Virus record (IMG/VR): IMGVR_UViG_3300037295_000263
Span: 128,001-192,000 of that record
DNA from: a virus
Taxonomy: Duplodnaviria > Caudoviricetes
Length of the DNA: 64,000 bases
Strand: one strand, 5' to 3'
The stretch's first letter is position 1. The number at the start of each line of letters is the position of its first letter. Positions 30,052-40,398 of the stretch are shown one piece after another. Both the position numbers and the translations under genes were made by a program. The notes under the pieces are model-generated. The model made no database searches. It was not told where the DNA came from and worked only from the letters and a program-made list of their open reading frames with translations.

Positions 30052-30720
30052 ATGTTATCTAAAACTATTCACACTGTGCCATTATCTATAATAGATAATG
30101 CTATTGAAGAAATGCCTTTAGTAGATTTTAAAATGCCATTAAATGCGCCTTCTGGGAATTTCTTCTACGATCCCTGGCATATTCGCCCTGAATTTGTAGG
30201 ATCTATATGGGAAACTATTTTAAATACTTTACCTTTTGATTTAGGGGAAGCACGCATTATTAAATTAGAACCTGGAAATAGTTATCTAAGCCACGCTGAC
30301 ATAGACGATAGATGGCACTTGTCATTGACTGGAAATAGATCATATTTAATTGATCTAGATAGCCATAAGGTTCACTTATTAAAAAAAGACGGGATATGGT
30401 ACAAGATGAATGCTGGCAAGTTACACACTGCTTCTAACTTTGGCCAAATACCTCGATATCAGCTAGTAGTAAGAAAGCTATTAAAAAATAGCTGCTTAAC
30501 TAATGTAAAATTGGTAAAAATTGAACCTGCATACCCACAATTTGACTATCGATATACATTTGATAATACAATAAGCCCTTGGCTAAACTACGCAGCCAAA
30601 CAACATTATCTTTTAAATTTTTCAGTAAATGAATCGACAGTTCAATTTCATTTATTAGAATCTCAAATTAGTAGTTTAAATGGTATTTTAACTAATAATT
30701 TTAAAGTAACTTATGAATAA
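30052..30720 (+). CDS. AspH-like 2OG-Fe(II) oxygenase
   Basis: SHAD.DDRWH...LHTASN; TAAATA just upstream. Confidence 0.75.
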   Translation: MLSKTIHTVPLSIIDNAIEEMPLVDFKMPLNAPSGNFFYDPWHIRPEFVGSIWETILNTLPFDLGEARIIKLEPGNSYLSHADIDDRWHLSLTGNRSYLIDLDSHKVHLLKKDGIWYKMNAGKLHTASNFGQIPRYQLVVRKLLKNSCLTNVKLVKIEPAYPQFDYRYTFDNTISPWLNYAAKQHYLLNFSVNESTVQFHLLESQISSLNGILTNNFKVTYE

Positions 30721-31204
30721 GGTATGCTGTATAACTGGACATACTACAGGGCTTGGAAAATTCTTATATGATTATTTTATAAATCAAGGGTGGACAGTAG
30801 TAGGATTTAGCAGATCTTCGGGATTTAATATTGAACAAGATCCTGTCAAAGTGGCAAACCTGATACAGGGTTGCGAGTTGTTTATTAACAATGCGTATGC
30901 CCACGGAGCTCAATTAGACTTAATTAATCTTACAGTAGGGCATGTTAAAAAAATGGTAGTATGCGGATCTGTTGCTGCAGACTATCCTGATCCTGCAATG
31001 GTTGAATATAGTCAACATAAAAAAATTATAGAAGATAGATGCAATGCTCTTTCTGATGTAAAAATAAATAACACTGACATATTGTTACTAAAGCTCACAA
31101 GCAGTTCTTACAAAGACTACCTTACAGTTTCTAGTACTATCAATTTTTGGTTAGATAACCCGTCTATTACCCAAATTAAATTTAATGTAAAGGAAATAAT
31201 ATGA
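30713..31204 (+). CDS. Minimal short-chain dehydrogenase/reductase
   Basis: ITGHTTGLG, NNA, YSQHK. Confidence 0.7.
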   Translation: MNKVCCITGHTTGLGKFLYDYFINQGWTVVGFSRSSGFNIEQDPVKVANLIQGCELFINNAYAHGAQLDLINLTVGHVKKMVVCGSVAADYPDPAMVEYSQHKKIIEDRCNALSDVKINNTDILLLKLTSSSYKDYLTVSSTINFWLDNPSITQIKFNVKEII

Positions 31205-31815
31205 AATGTGTAATAACTGGCCATACGTCTGGTATAGGAAAAACTCTATACGAACACTACACAGCATTAGGGTGGACAGTAGTTGGATTGTCGAGATCTA
31301 ACGGTTACAATATTAAAGAAAATTTTAAAAAAGTTGTAGATGCCGTACAAGGATGCGACTTGTTTATTAACAATGCTTACCGAGATCAACAACAACTAGA
31401 ATTACTAATAGCACTAAAACGTAGTGTTAAAAAAATAGTAGTGTGTGGCTCTGTTAGCAGATTGTATCCTGACCTTATTAAAACCGACTACGTAGAAGAT
31501 AAACTAGACTTATCGGAATATTGCAGGATGATGTCATTAAGTGATGATCCAACATTAGCAACGGTATTGCATTTAGATTTAAGTTTTATCGAAAGTACGC
31601 CTGTTGACTTGTCCGACCCTAATAGTTTTACTAGTGACTATTTTATTACCTATTCTCAAATAACATCAGCTATTGACTTTTGGCTATCTAATACATCAAT
31701 ACGACAAATAGAATTTACTTGGAAATTAACGCCTTTTGTTTATGAACAACTTCAACGTGCAAATACAAATACAGCACCGTTAAATAAATTGCTTGAACAA
31801 GTTAAATCCATCTAG
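31201..31815 (+). CDS. Minimal short-chain dehydrogenase/reductase
   Basis: ITGHTSGIG, NNA, YVEDK; tandem paralog of the upstream gene. Confidence 0.7.
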   Translation: MKCVITGHTSGIGKTLYEHYTALGWTVVGLSRSNGYNIKENFKKVVDAVQGCDLFINNAYRDQQQLELLIALKRSVKKIVVCGSVSRLYPDLIKTDYVEDKLDLSEYCRMMSLSDDPTLATVLHLDLSFIESTPVDLSDPNSFTSDYFITYSQITSAIDFWLSNTSIRQIEFTWKLTPFVYEQLQRANTNTAPLNKLLEQVKSI

Positions 31816-32356
31816 GATATTTGTTTAAACTTTCCTCAAAAGCATCAGCATCTAACTTCCATACTGTTTGTTCGAGGCCTCTGTATACTACGTTCTTTAT
31901 TCTAGCAGCTATGCCTTTTTGTTCTAACCCTGGAAAGTAGTAATTATGCACAAGTCTTTGCGACCCCATTTTACTGTCGTTAGATGTAGCATATAAATTT
32001 TTTCTACCAGCCCAGTCTGCACAAATTGGAAAGAAAAACTGATCTGTTAAAGTTTGATGTTCCATTAGTTTTTTAAAAGTCAGCAGCTTTTTATCTTTCC
32101 TTGCTTCAGCAAAACTGCAAACCCTAGTTAGCACTCGATAACTACCTTCTCCCATAACATCGTCAAAGCTATGTGCAGCTACTGAACCCACCGGATCGTT
32201 ATCTTGATAAAGTATCCATACTTGTTTTTGTTTTTCATTATTAAAACAATCTACCATTACTTTTTGACTAGAATTATTTTCAAATCCTCGCACAGCAGCT
32301 TTGGCATAAAATTCAGTCAAGTCTAAATCAACAGACCATTCTTTTAACTTATACAT
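31802..32356 (-). CDS. GNAT-fold acyltransferase-like protein
   Basis: VWILY....VGSVAAH...YRVLTR pattern. Confidence 0.45.
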   Translation of the reverse strand: MYKLKEWSVDLDLTEFYAKAAVRGFENNSSQKVMVDCFNNEKQKQVWILYQDNDPVGSVAAHSFDDVMGEGSYRVLTRVCSFAEARKDKKLLTFKKLMEHQTLTDQFFFPICADWAGRKNLYATSNDSKMGSQRLVHNYYFPGLEQKGIAARIKNVVYRGLEQTVWKLDADAFEESLNKYPRWI

Positions 32357-33047
32357 ATAGCAGTTTTGCTTCTTCCATGAAATCGTCGGGGAAATTAGTT
32401 TTAAAACTTTCAAATGCTAATAATTGTATTTTTGAAAAAGCAACAGGCAACGCAGGATCGATTCCGAGAGCAGTCATTTTAGGAAATAGATCTTCTTGCC
32501 TATTTTCACTTATATGACTCATTACGCTATTCATTGAAATATTTTTATCGTCGTTTGTGTAACAAAAAAAGTAATTGATACTTTTAAGTTTTCCATCAAC
32601 AATAAAATAACTACTAGGATGTAAACTGTATTTAAAAATACCTAGCGAATGATGTGCTTTAAATATGTCCATCATTTGTGTACGCCAATCAGGCAACACC
32701 AAATCAAAAGGGCAGTTATTGTTGTCTATGCTACGTTGCCAAATGTCATCTCCGTCGATGCTTAAATAAATCTTTTTATTGTTTAAATCGATATCGATTA
32801 TATCAGGTACCATGTTTGGATATTTTGCATTCATCACAGTTAAGAACGTTAGTTCTCTGTTCCATTTCTCGTCCATTAAGGAAGGATCAACTACTTGATT
32901 CTGTCCTCGGTGATAGTCAGTATCGTTATGATACCATTGGCAAAATACTTTCTTGTCGTTGCTAATAAGGCTAGTGTAAATCAGATTATTCCTGCAAAGT
33001 CCTTTTCCAGGCACATTATTATAATAATAATTAAAATTGTTTTCCAT
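32349..33047 (-). CDS. Protein-kinase-like fold protein with degenerate motifs
   Basis: WNREL...PDIIDID...KYSLHP...SINYF. Confidence 0.45.
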   Translation of the reverse strand: MENNFNYYYNNVPGKGLCRNNLIYTSLISNDKKVFCQWYHNDTDYHRGQNQVVDPSLMDEKWNRELTFLTVMNAKYPNMVPDIIDIDLNNKKIYLSIDGDDIWQRSIDNNNCPFDLVLPDWRTQMMDIFKAHHSLGIFKYSLHPSSYFIVDGKLKSINYFFCYTNDDKNISMNSVMSHISENRQEDLFPKMTALGIDPALPVAFSKIQLLAFESFKTNFPDDFMEEAKLLYV

Positions 33048-33072
33048 GAAATATTTAATTAATAAATACATT

Positions 33073-33888
33073 ATGATACGCGGAATTGGTAGCTTACCCT
33101 ATATTAATTTAGATCCCTACTTAGACATAGACGGATTCAAACTATTACACCCCGAGATTTGTAAAGGATTTGCGTTGGCTCGCGAATATGCTAAAGAAGG
33201 CACCTGGATGTCTCCGGGGTTTGATTGGAAAGATGCTAGTTATATTATTAACTGGAAGCCTATATACCAAGCGTTTAATGAGTATCAAAATCTTCCAGAT
33301 AATGATCCTATCAAATTAGCAGGTAACGATATCTTTCCTGCAGATTTTAAAGATTATAAACAACGAAATATTTTCACAAGATATCTTAAAACTACCATGA
33401 ATGCAAATGATCCGTACACATATTATTTTTTGTGGAACGAAGGCGATTGGAATTCAAGAAATTCAGAAAAGCAAAAGACTAATGAAAGTAAATTCTTCCC
33501 GGGTGTAGTAACATGGGTAGAAAAATTAGTCACCGATGGCATTATTGATCAAATTGGACGTGTTTTGTTTTTTCATTGTGATCACAATGGAAAAGCATTT
33601 GAACACAGGGATCTAGATGCTAAAAATGGAATTTTAGAAAAAAATACATACACCACGCACAATAACGAATTTATTCATATACGGTATAGAACAAAAAGAG
33701 GATTTTATATTTGGGATCCTGAAACAGAAAATAAATTTTATATTAATGCAAATGCAGCATTTTGGAATGACCAAGATTGGCACGGTGGAGAAGAATCTAA
33801 AGAGATAGAATACGGATTACGTATCGATTGCAAGTTTTCAAATTCATTCAAAAAAACTTTAAATATCGAGAATTTACAAGGATATTGA
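33073..33888 (+). CDS. Putative 2OG-Fe(II)/cupin oxygenase
   Basis: FEHRD...WHGG...LRID. Confidence 0.6.
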   Translation: MIRGIGSLPYINLDPYLDIDGFKLLHPEICKGFALAREYAKEGTWMSPGFDWKDASYIINWKPIYQAFNEYQNLPDNDPIKLAGNDIFPADFKDYKQRNIFTRYLKTTMNANDPYTYYFLWNEGDWNSRNSEKQKTNESKFFPGVVTWVEKLVTDGIIDQIGRVLFFHCDHNGKAFEHRDLDAKNGILEKNTYTTHNNEFIHIRYRTKRGFYIWDPETENKFYINANAAFWNDQDWHGGEESKEIEYGLRIDCKFSNSFKKTLNIENLQGY

Positions 33889-34444
33889 TGTCACCGACAT
33901 ATTGTCCATTAGCTTGGACTTCAGTTAATTTTCACGACAACAGAGCGTCTCCGTGCTGTGGTTGGCTGGGAGAAGGAACCAAAGTAGCAAGTGTAGCAGA
34001 TGCGTTAACTTCCCAGTTATTCATACAAACTAGATCAAATATGCTAACGGGAAAGGAAAGTCACGGATGCGCACAATGTTATCAAGAAGAAAGCTTAGGA
34101 ATTTCATCAAGAAGAATGCATGCGTTAGCACAAGTTGGAGTAACTACTAACATTAAATTACGTTCTTTAGATATATCATTTGATAACATTTGCAATTTAA
34201 AATGCCGAGGATGTGTTAGTAGTAACAGTCATTTAATACGCAATGATGAAATAGAAATATATGGTGAATCTTTTTCTGAAACAAAATACTGGCAAAATAA
34301 TATACCAGTAGATGTATCCAATTTAGAAGAAATAAACATTGCAGGAAGAGAGCCATTTCTTTCAAAAAATTTTAAGAATTTTTCAAATGCACTACTGTTT
34401 CTAGTAAAAAGTTTTTTGCAATACAAAAAGAAATAATAAAATGA
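33888..34444 (+). pseudogene. Internally deleted twitch-domain radical SAM gene
   Basis: Twitch Cys pattern and CNLKCRGC intact; GGEP changed to GREP; stop at 34436 mid-barrel; an alternative frame ends at TGA overlapping the next ATG. Confidence 0.65.
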
Positions 34445-34935
34445 TTTTTATAAAAAACTATAGCTCTTGGATTAGTGCAAAATGGATTAATACAATAATT
34501 AACAATCCAGGCCAAGCACGTCCTAGAGATTGGCCTCCTGAATCTGCTGCAGAAAGTGCAGAATATTCTAAGTACAAAGAAGCAGGGTATGATCTCGATG
34601 ATGTAAATTGGTGGGTATACGAACAAGTTGATCTCGGTGAAGAATTATACCCTCCATGGACTAGCGGAAAAGTACATTGGTGGTTTACTAAATTAAACCC
34701 TGGACAATATATGCCAATGCACAAAGATCCTCATGTAGTTGGTAATAATTGTTTACGGTACTGGATGCCATTACAAGACTACGAATCCGGGCATGTTTTT
34801 ATCTATAATAATTATATGATTAACGATTATAAAAAGGGAGATGTTTTTCAATTTAGTAATTCGGAAGAAGTGCATGGAGCTGCTAATATAGGCCACACTC
34901 CCCGGATCATGTTGTTAATTACAGAATATTTATGA
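34441..34935 (+). CDS. 2OG-Fe(II)/AspH-like oxygenase
   Basis: PMHKD...VHGAAN. Confidence 0.75.
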   Translation: MIFIKNYSSWISAKWINTIINNPGQARPRDWPPESAAESAEYSKYKEAGYDLDDVNWWVYEQVDLGEELYPPWTSGKVHWWFTKLNPGQYMPMHKDPHVVGNNCLRYWMPLQDYESGHVFIYNNYMINDYKKGDVFQFSNSEEVHGAANIGHTPRIMLLITEYL

Positions 34936-35603
34936 AGATTGGATTTTACGGCGATAGCTTTTGTAATGAGGTGAACAATGCACATAATTTGTACTACAAG
35001 TATGAAACGTACATAAAAAAATTAAAAAAGCATTACAATGCTGACATTACGCATTTGGGCACAGGCGGAAGTTCTCATTGGGACGTTATTCTAAATCAAT
35101 TTAAAATCGATAATAATTTACCAGATGTTTGTATTTTTTGTTGGACTGATTATGCTAGATTATATAATTCAAAAGTTCGAGACTTAACATATAATTCAGT
35201 ACTATCGGCCAAAGCTAAAGATTGGAAGCCCAACAGGTTATTAAATCCTTTTATACATACCGCAGCAAAACACTATTTTAACCATTTATACGATAATGAT
35301 AAATCTATGATTGAATATCTTTCAGCATTATATTATTTTGATAAAATGATTCTGTCTCAAATAAGCAGTAGTACTAAAATTATACATTTATGGAGTTTTA
35401 ATAGCAACGGTCATCGTTGGACCACTGGGCTCACTGTAAAAACACCACTAGTATCAATAACTAATCTCAAAGACGAATTGCCTAATAGTAGTATTGGTCC
35501 AAATCATTTCGGTGATGCAAATAAAAATCAGATAGCATTTGAATGGATAAAAGAAGCAATTGACAATTATCAGCTAGGGGACGAATTAGAGTTTAAGATT
35601 TAA
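34932..35603 (+). CDS. SGNH-hydrolase-like protein
   Basis: IGFYGDSF, HLGTGGSS, PNH. Confidence 0.55.
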   Translation: MKIGFYGDSFCNEVNNAHNLYYKYETYIKKLKKHYNADITHLGTGGSSHWDVILNQFKIDNNLPDVCIFCWTDYARLYNSKVRDLTYNSVLSAKAKDWKPNRLLNPFIHTAAKHYFNHLYDNDKSMIEYLSALYYFDKMILSQISSSTKIIHLWSFNSNGHRWTTGLTVKTPLVSITNLKDELPNSSIGPNHFGDANKNQIAFEWIKEAIDNYQLGDELEFKI

Positions 35604-36838
35604 TTCCATTCTTGGTTAAATCTCCAAGTTGGTTTTTTAAGTAAAGACAAAGGTATCGATTCAAACTCTCGAGCTCTTCCTTGACACGGCGCATCGATAA
35701 ATCCAGCTGAAGCTCTTGAAGAAAATGTTATATACGATTCGGGGGAAATATCTTTAATAGCTTCGAGTAATTGATTCTCTTTATATAGTCGATAAGACAT
35801 CGGACTTAGTGCAATAGTTCCTTCGTAACAAAAGATATTAGACAAGCTAATCATTAATCTATTTTTATCTGTTGGTATTTGTCTGATTAAATTTAAAAAA
35901 CTAGTTTGATCTGCTAATAAATCAGAATGTATATATTCGTATTTTATATTTTTTTTCTTAGGGGCATGCTTTTTCCAATAATCGATAGCATTTAGATTAT
36001 AATCATAAAATACTACTTTAGATTTAACTTTTGGATCTAGCCAATCGAACCATAATGTGCCACTTGCTGGAATTACAATAGCATCCAGAAGATTTTCTAT
36101 TTTAAATGATTGTTCTGTATTACGAATATGAATCATTTCAAGAGCACAGTAGCGTTCTCTAAAATAAATCCACTGAGTAGATTTTAGAAAGTCTATATTC
36201 GATTCCGGGTAATAATGCTTCTTGCTATTCCTAAACTCTTCGTTGAAAATAATAATAGGGAAGTTTTTCTCAAATCCTGCTTTTAAAATATTCCACCCAT
36301 GGCATGCATGATTGTACAATTTCTTAGACTTTCCTTTAAAAACTTCTTTAGGGGTATAATCGTCGTGATGATTGGTCGTACTTCTTCCGGGTTTGGTCTG
36401 TTTATGAGAAAATCCTAGTTGCTGATTTCCTACATCCGGTTGATTTATTTTTTTATACAATTCTAAATTTAAAATATAGCATTGTTGGTGTAATTCGTAA
36501 TATGCATCTTTTCTGTCAAGAACATGGCCGCAGATAAAAAAATCTTGTTTTATTATTTTTTCTAAATTTTTAAAAAACGAATCGCCGTCTATAAATTCTG
36601 TTCCTGTACTGAATACAACCGCATGTTTATATCCTAACTGGGCTACATGACGAATTAACTGATCTTCGTCTAGTCCTTGATATAAATCGTATTTTTTGTG
36701 AAATATATTTGATATTACAAAATCAGATATATTTTTAATTATTTCTTTAGCCCATTCCGATTGTATCGACGCTGTTCTGTCAACAAGGCAAAATGCTACT
36801 GAAGACTTTGTACTACTTTTAAATTCTATAATGTTCAT
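35600..36838 (-). CDS. Hypothetical protein (412 aa)
   Basis: Long ORF in the enzyme island; no family recognised. Confidence 0.75.
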   Translation of the reverse strand: MNIIEFKSSTKSSVAFCLVDRTASIQSEWAKEIIKNISDFVISNIFHKKYDLYQGLDEDQLIRHVAQLGYKHAVVFSTGTEFIDGDSFFKNLEKIIKQDFFICGHVLDRKDAYYELHQQCYILNLELYKKINQPDVGNQQLGFSHKQTKPGRSTTNHHDDYTPKEVFKGKSKKLYNHACHGWNILKAGFEKNFPIIIFNEEFRNSKKHYYPESNIDFLKSTQWIYFRERYCALEMIHIRNTEQSFKIENLLDAIVIPASGTLWFDWLDPKVKSKVVFYDYNLNAIDYWKKHAPKKKNIKYEYIHSDLLADQTSFLNLIRQIPTDKNRLMISLSNIFCYEGTIALSPMSYRLYKENQLLEAIKDISPESYITFSSRASAGFIDAPCQGRAREFESIPLSLLKKPTWRFNQEWN

Positions 36839-37571
36839 ATTGTTTTTTGTAGCTGTTAGCTATAAGAGTTGCGAATTGAGAAATCTGTGTACCGTATCCA
36901 AAGCTATGTCCAATAACGTGTACACGCGGAGTATTAGAGAAATTTAATACCGAATGAGTATGCCTAATATTTATTATAAACATCTTACCTTGTTTAAACG
37001 GAACTATTCCTTTGCCCTCTAAAACCATAAAACATTCTGCTGGATGAATAACTGCAATATTAACAGGTACTCCGAATTGTAATGCATCGAAGTTGTCCTC
37101 CCCCGGAAGTCTACCAGGCATGTCGCTATGTGGATGAATTGCACTATCAGGCATTAATTCCATAAACCTTATTCGCCTATAGCTATCTGAAGGAAATTTA
37201 CTTTGCCAAAAATCTTTAATTACAGGAGTAGTTACTGACAAGCTAGTCCAGTTATAGGGAACTTGCGATTCTTCTGTATAACCGTATCTATTCCACGAAC
37301 CCGTTTTATCAATCGATATGCCATGTATACAACAACTATTCCACCCTTGATTATCTCGATGTTCCACAAAGTGCATTTTAGCATTGTTAGATTCCTGCTG
37401 CCATTGTGGCAAATCTATAGGAATATCTAACTCAATCCATCCGAAGTCGGAGTAGTTTAGTAACCAATTAGCAATTTCTGTATCAGTAGTTAGATTAGAA
37501 GGTATAGGGTCCAGAGTCCAGTTACAAGATTTATTTTTATTGAAAAAATCTAAAGCAGAGTTTGTTATCAT
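36819..37571 (-). CDS. AspH-like 2OG-Fe(II) oxygenase
   Basis: RIRFMEL...HPHSD...HTHSVLN....RVH. Confidence 0.8.
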   Translation of the reverse strand: MITNSALDFFNKNKSCNWTLDPIPSNLTTDTEIANWLLNYSDFGWIELDIPIDLPQWQQESNNAKMHFVEHRDNQGWNSCCIHGISIDKTGSWNRYGYTEESQVPYNWTSLSVTTPVIKDFWQSKFPSDSYRRIRFMELMPDSAIHPHSDMPGRLPGEDNFDALQFGVPVNIAVIHPAECFMVLEGKGIVPFKQGKMFIINIRHTHSVLNFSNTPRVHVIGHSFGYGTQISQFATLIANSYKKQYEHYRI

Positions 37572-38560
37572 GGCAAGGTGTAGTTTTTAATTGGTATTAC
37601 ATTATTATAAGATTTTTTTACAGAAAAATCATTATTACTAGGGCACATATCACATTGAGGTACTGACTGGAATTTAGATCCAGAAAACGCAGTAACCTGC
37701 TCTGCTGTACAATTTTCTAAGTCTAGTGGATTGTACTGTAAGTACTGCTTCCAGGCTGTATCTTCTTTTGATTTATGTAGTTGTAAAAATTTCTCTAAAG
37801 TTCCTAGTGCTCCACATTTATACAATTTAGTTTCAAATAAAAAACTACAAAATGGACTACAGCATCCGTTCTCATAAGACATTTGTGGATCGCCACTGGC
37901 AAACGGCTTAGGTTTTCCGTTTTGCAAATAGTAATGAGACTTAAACTCGTTTTGATCTTTAAACAATATTATGATAGTTCTATCGTTGTTAGTGTATGCA
38001 AAATTACCCCCAAGGTCTTCTGTTGCTTTTCCGCTACGATTAAGGAATTCTTGCCAATCTGGATCTGCACTTTGGTTATATAGATCGAAATGCAGATCAG
38101 ATATTTCAAACATTGGTACTTGTTTTAAGTTAAGTTTTTTAACAATTTCCATGCAGTTATTAGATAATTGAGAAGATAATGTTTTATCTGCAAATGCAGA
38201 AAAATGATTTGAAATAGAAAGGGTAATTTTATAATTTTCTATAATATCGAGCACAGAGCTTTGAAATTTATTAATTAGTGTTCCGTTGGACGGAAGGAAA
38301 ATATTGGTCGACGGAGCGATTGATCTAATATGTTCCAACAGGTTTTTAGTTTTGTCTAAGTATAACAAAGGTTCACCGCCCAACAATGAGTAGTTGTCTA
38401 TTTTAAAATTTTCAGATGCTAATAATATCCCCAGTTTTGTTTTTTCTAAATCCGGGTCTAATTTCTTAGTTCGTATTTCATCGCTTCTGGTATCACATTG
38501 CTTACAGGTAAGATTGCATTGGTTGCCAATAAAGACGTCGAGAATTTTTAAACTATTCAT
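37568..38560 (-). CDS. Radical SAM protein with C-terminal Cys-rich domain
   Basis: CNLTCKQC, GGEP, C...C...YKC...CDMC; start moved to ATG 38560. Confidence 0.85.
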   Translation of the reverse strand: MNSLKILDVFIGNQCNLTCKQCDTRSDEIRTKKLDPDLEKTKLGILLASENFKIDNYSLLGGEPLLYLDKTKNLLEHIRSIAPSTNIFLPSNGTLINKFQSSVLDIIENYKITLSISNHFSAFADKTLSSQLSNNCMEIVKKLNLKQVPMFEISDLHFDLYNQSADPDWQEFLNRSGKATEDLGGNFAYTNNDRTIIILFKDQNEFKSHYYLQNGKPKPFASGDPQMSYENGCCSPFCSFLFETKLYKCGALGTLEKFLQLHKSKEDTAWKQYLQYNPLDLENCTAEQVTAFSGSKFQSVPQCDMCPSNNDFSVKKSYNNVIPIKNYTLP

Positions 38561-38599
38561 AAGTATAATTATGCAAAAACACATCTGATAAGTAGTATT

Positions 38600-39475
38600 A
38601 TGGATAGAGCATATACCGACTTCGTGTCTTTTTACATTACTAATGTCTGCGGACTTAGTTGCAAAGGATGTGCTAGTTTTAATAACTACGCAGTAAAGCA
38701 CCATTATAAATGGGAAGTTGCTAGAGAAAAAACTTATAAATGGGGAACTCTATTATCAACCAGGCAAATTAGTATAATCGGCGGCGAGCCATTGCTAAAT
38801 CCAGAAATTGATCTTTGGGTTGCTGGCATCAGAGATGCATTCCGACACGTTGACGATATACGAGTATACACAGGGCTTACCGGAAAGAGTTTACTAAGAT
38901 ACAAGGATCAAATTAGAAAATGGTTAAGTCAAAATGTTATAATACAAATTAGTGTACACGATCCTTCTTGGTGGGAAGAATCTATTGAAACTGCCTGTGA
39001 GATTTTAGAAGGCTTGGATTTTGAAATTCAAAAAACAATAGACCAGGGAACTTTCCCATTAAAAGCTGTCAATTTTATATCCCCCGAAGGAGTAGTACTT
39101 TTCTCTATGTTAGAACAATGGGCATTTTTCCCCAGCGCAATACAAAAAGTGCAAAATGGTACTATATATTTCCATAACAACGATCCTGAAAAATCTCATG
39201 CAGCGTGTCATTGTAAAGATTGCCATTATCTAGTAGATGGGGATATGTATAAGTGTGTCATTACTGGAACTGCAAAAATGGTACTGGATCAATTGCCCAT
39301 AGATCAAAGGTCATCGGAATTACTTAAACAGGTTAAAGGATTAGATCCATTTATCGACGGGTGGAACCCAAATATTAAAGAAGTAATTCCGCAGTGTTCG
39401 CTATGTACTAGCGATACGCAAACACGGGTAATGGCATTTCCTATTCCTGTTAAAAAAGAAAAAATACCAAAATGA
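38600..39475 (+). CDS. Radical SAM protein with C-terminal Cys-rich domain
   Basis: CGLSCKGC, GGEP, CHCKDC...YKC...CSLC. Confidence 0.85.
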   Translation: MDRAYTDFVSFYITNVCGLSCKGCASFNNYAVKHHYKWEVAREKTYKWGTLLSTRQISIIGGEPLLNPEIDLWVAGIRDAFRHVDDIRVYTGLTGKSLLRYKDQIRKWLSQNVIIQISVHDPSWWEESIETACEILEGLDFEIQKTIDQGTFPLKAVNFISPEGVVLFSMLEQWAFFPSAIQKVQNGTIYFHNNDPEKSHAACHCKDCHYLVDGDMYKCVITGTAKMVLDQLPIDQRSSELLKQVKGLDPFIDGWNPNIKEVIPQCSLCTSDTQTRVMAFPIPVKKEKIPK

Positions 39476-40398
39476 CTATTAGATATCCTTACGATAAAAG
39501 GCATTTGAATTTTGGAAATTCGTCTGCTATAAAAGATCCTGCAGTATTGTCGTTATTATCTAATTTAAATTTAAATTTAGTAGATATTTTACAAAACGAA
39601 CGGATTGTTAAAGAATTTATAAACGATTACAAAACGTGGATTGAATCTTCTAAATTAAATAAAATAAAAGGCCTTGCAGATTTTAACTATGCATGCTACT
39701 CTAATGGAACTACTGAAGCATTTGATAAGTTTTATTTAAAAAATAACACTAGACGATTTAGATGCTTTCACGGCGAATATATGTATCATCAACTAATGTG
39801 GAGGAATTGTTATCCTTCTTGGGAATTTATTAGTGACTGCGATCTAGATATCAACGATGCAGTTGTAATTAGTTTGCCTTTTGCCGATACAGGAAATCAA
39901 CATTCTGAATATAAAAAATTAATTGCTACTTGCGAAAAACTTAATGTTCCAGTTTTAGTCGACTGTGCATATTTAGGAATTTGCCAAGGTATTGAATTTG
40001 ACTTTTCTAGTACTTGTATAACTGATGTGACTTTTAGCTTATCAAAAACTTTTCCTATATCGCATGCAAGGATAGGACTAAGGCTCACACGTAGCGACAA
40101 TGACGATTCTTTATTTGTTGTAAATAAGGGCGACTATGTTAATCGTCTAGGTGCATATATAGGCTCAACACTAATTAAGAATTTTTCTTCCGATTATATT
40201 GTTACCGAATATCGAGACATTCAAACAAAATTTTGTAACCACCTTAAGGTAGTGCCAAGTAATACTGTGCTATTTGGCATTGGCAATTTATTGTGGAATG
40301 AATATAATCGAGGTAGAGGATCGAATCGTTTAAGTTTCCATAACTACTATCATTTACAGTCTGATAAATTTTATGAAGAAAATTCTCCCCGTGCCTAA
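39472..40398 (+). CDS. PLP-dependent fold-type I aminotransferase-like protein
   Basis: VLVDCAY and SLSKTF.....RIG. Confidence 0.75.
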   Translation: MTIRYPYDKRHLNFGNSSAIKDPAVLSLLSNLNLNLVDILQNERIVKEFINDYKTWIESSKLNKIKGLADFNYACYSNGTTEAFDKFYLKNNTRRFRCFHGEYMYHQLMWRNCYPSWEFISDCDLDINDAVVISLPFADTGNQHSEYKKLIATCEKLNVPVLVDCAYLGICQGIEFDFSSTCITDVTFSLSKTFPISHARIGLRLTRSDNDDSLFVVNKGDYVNRLGAYIGSTLIKNFSSDYIVTEYRDIQTKFCNHLKVVPSNTVLFGIGNLLWNEYNRGRGSNRLSFHNYYHLQSDKFYEENSPRA

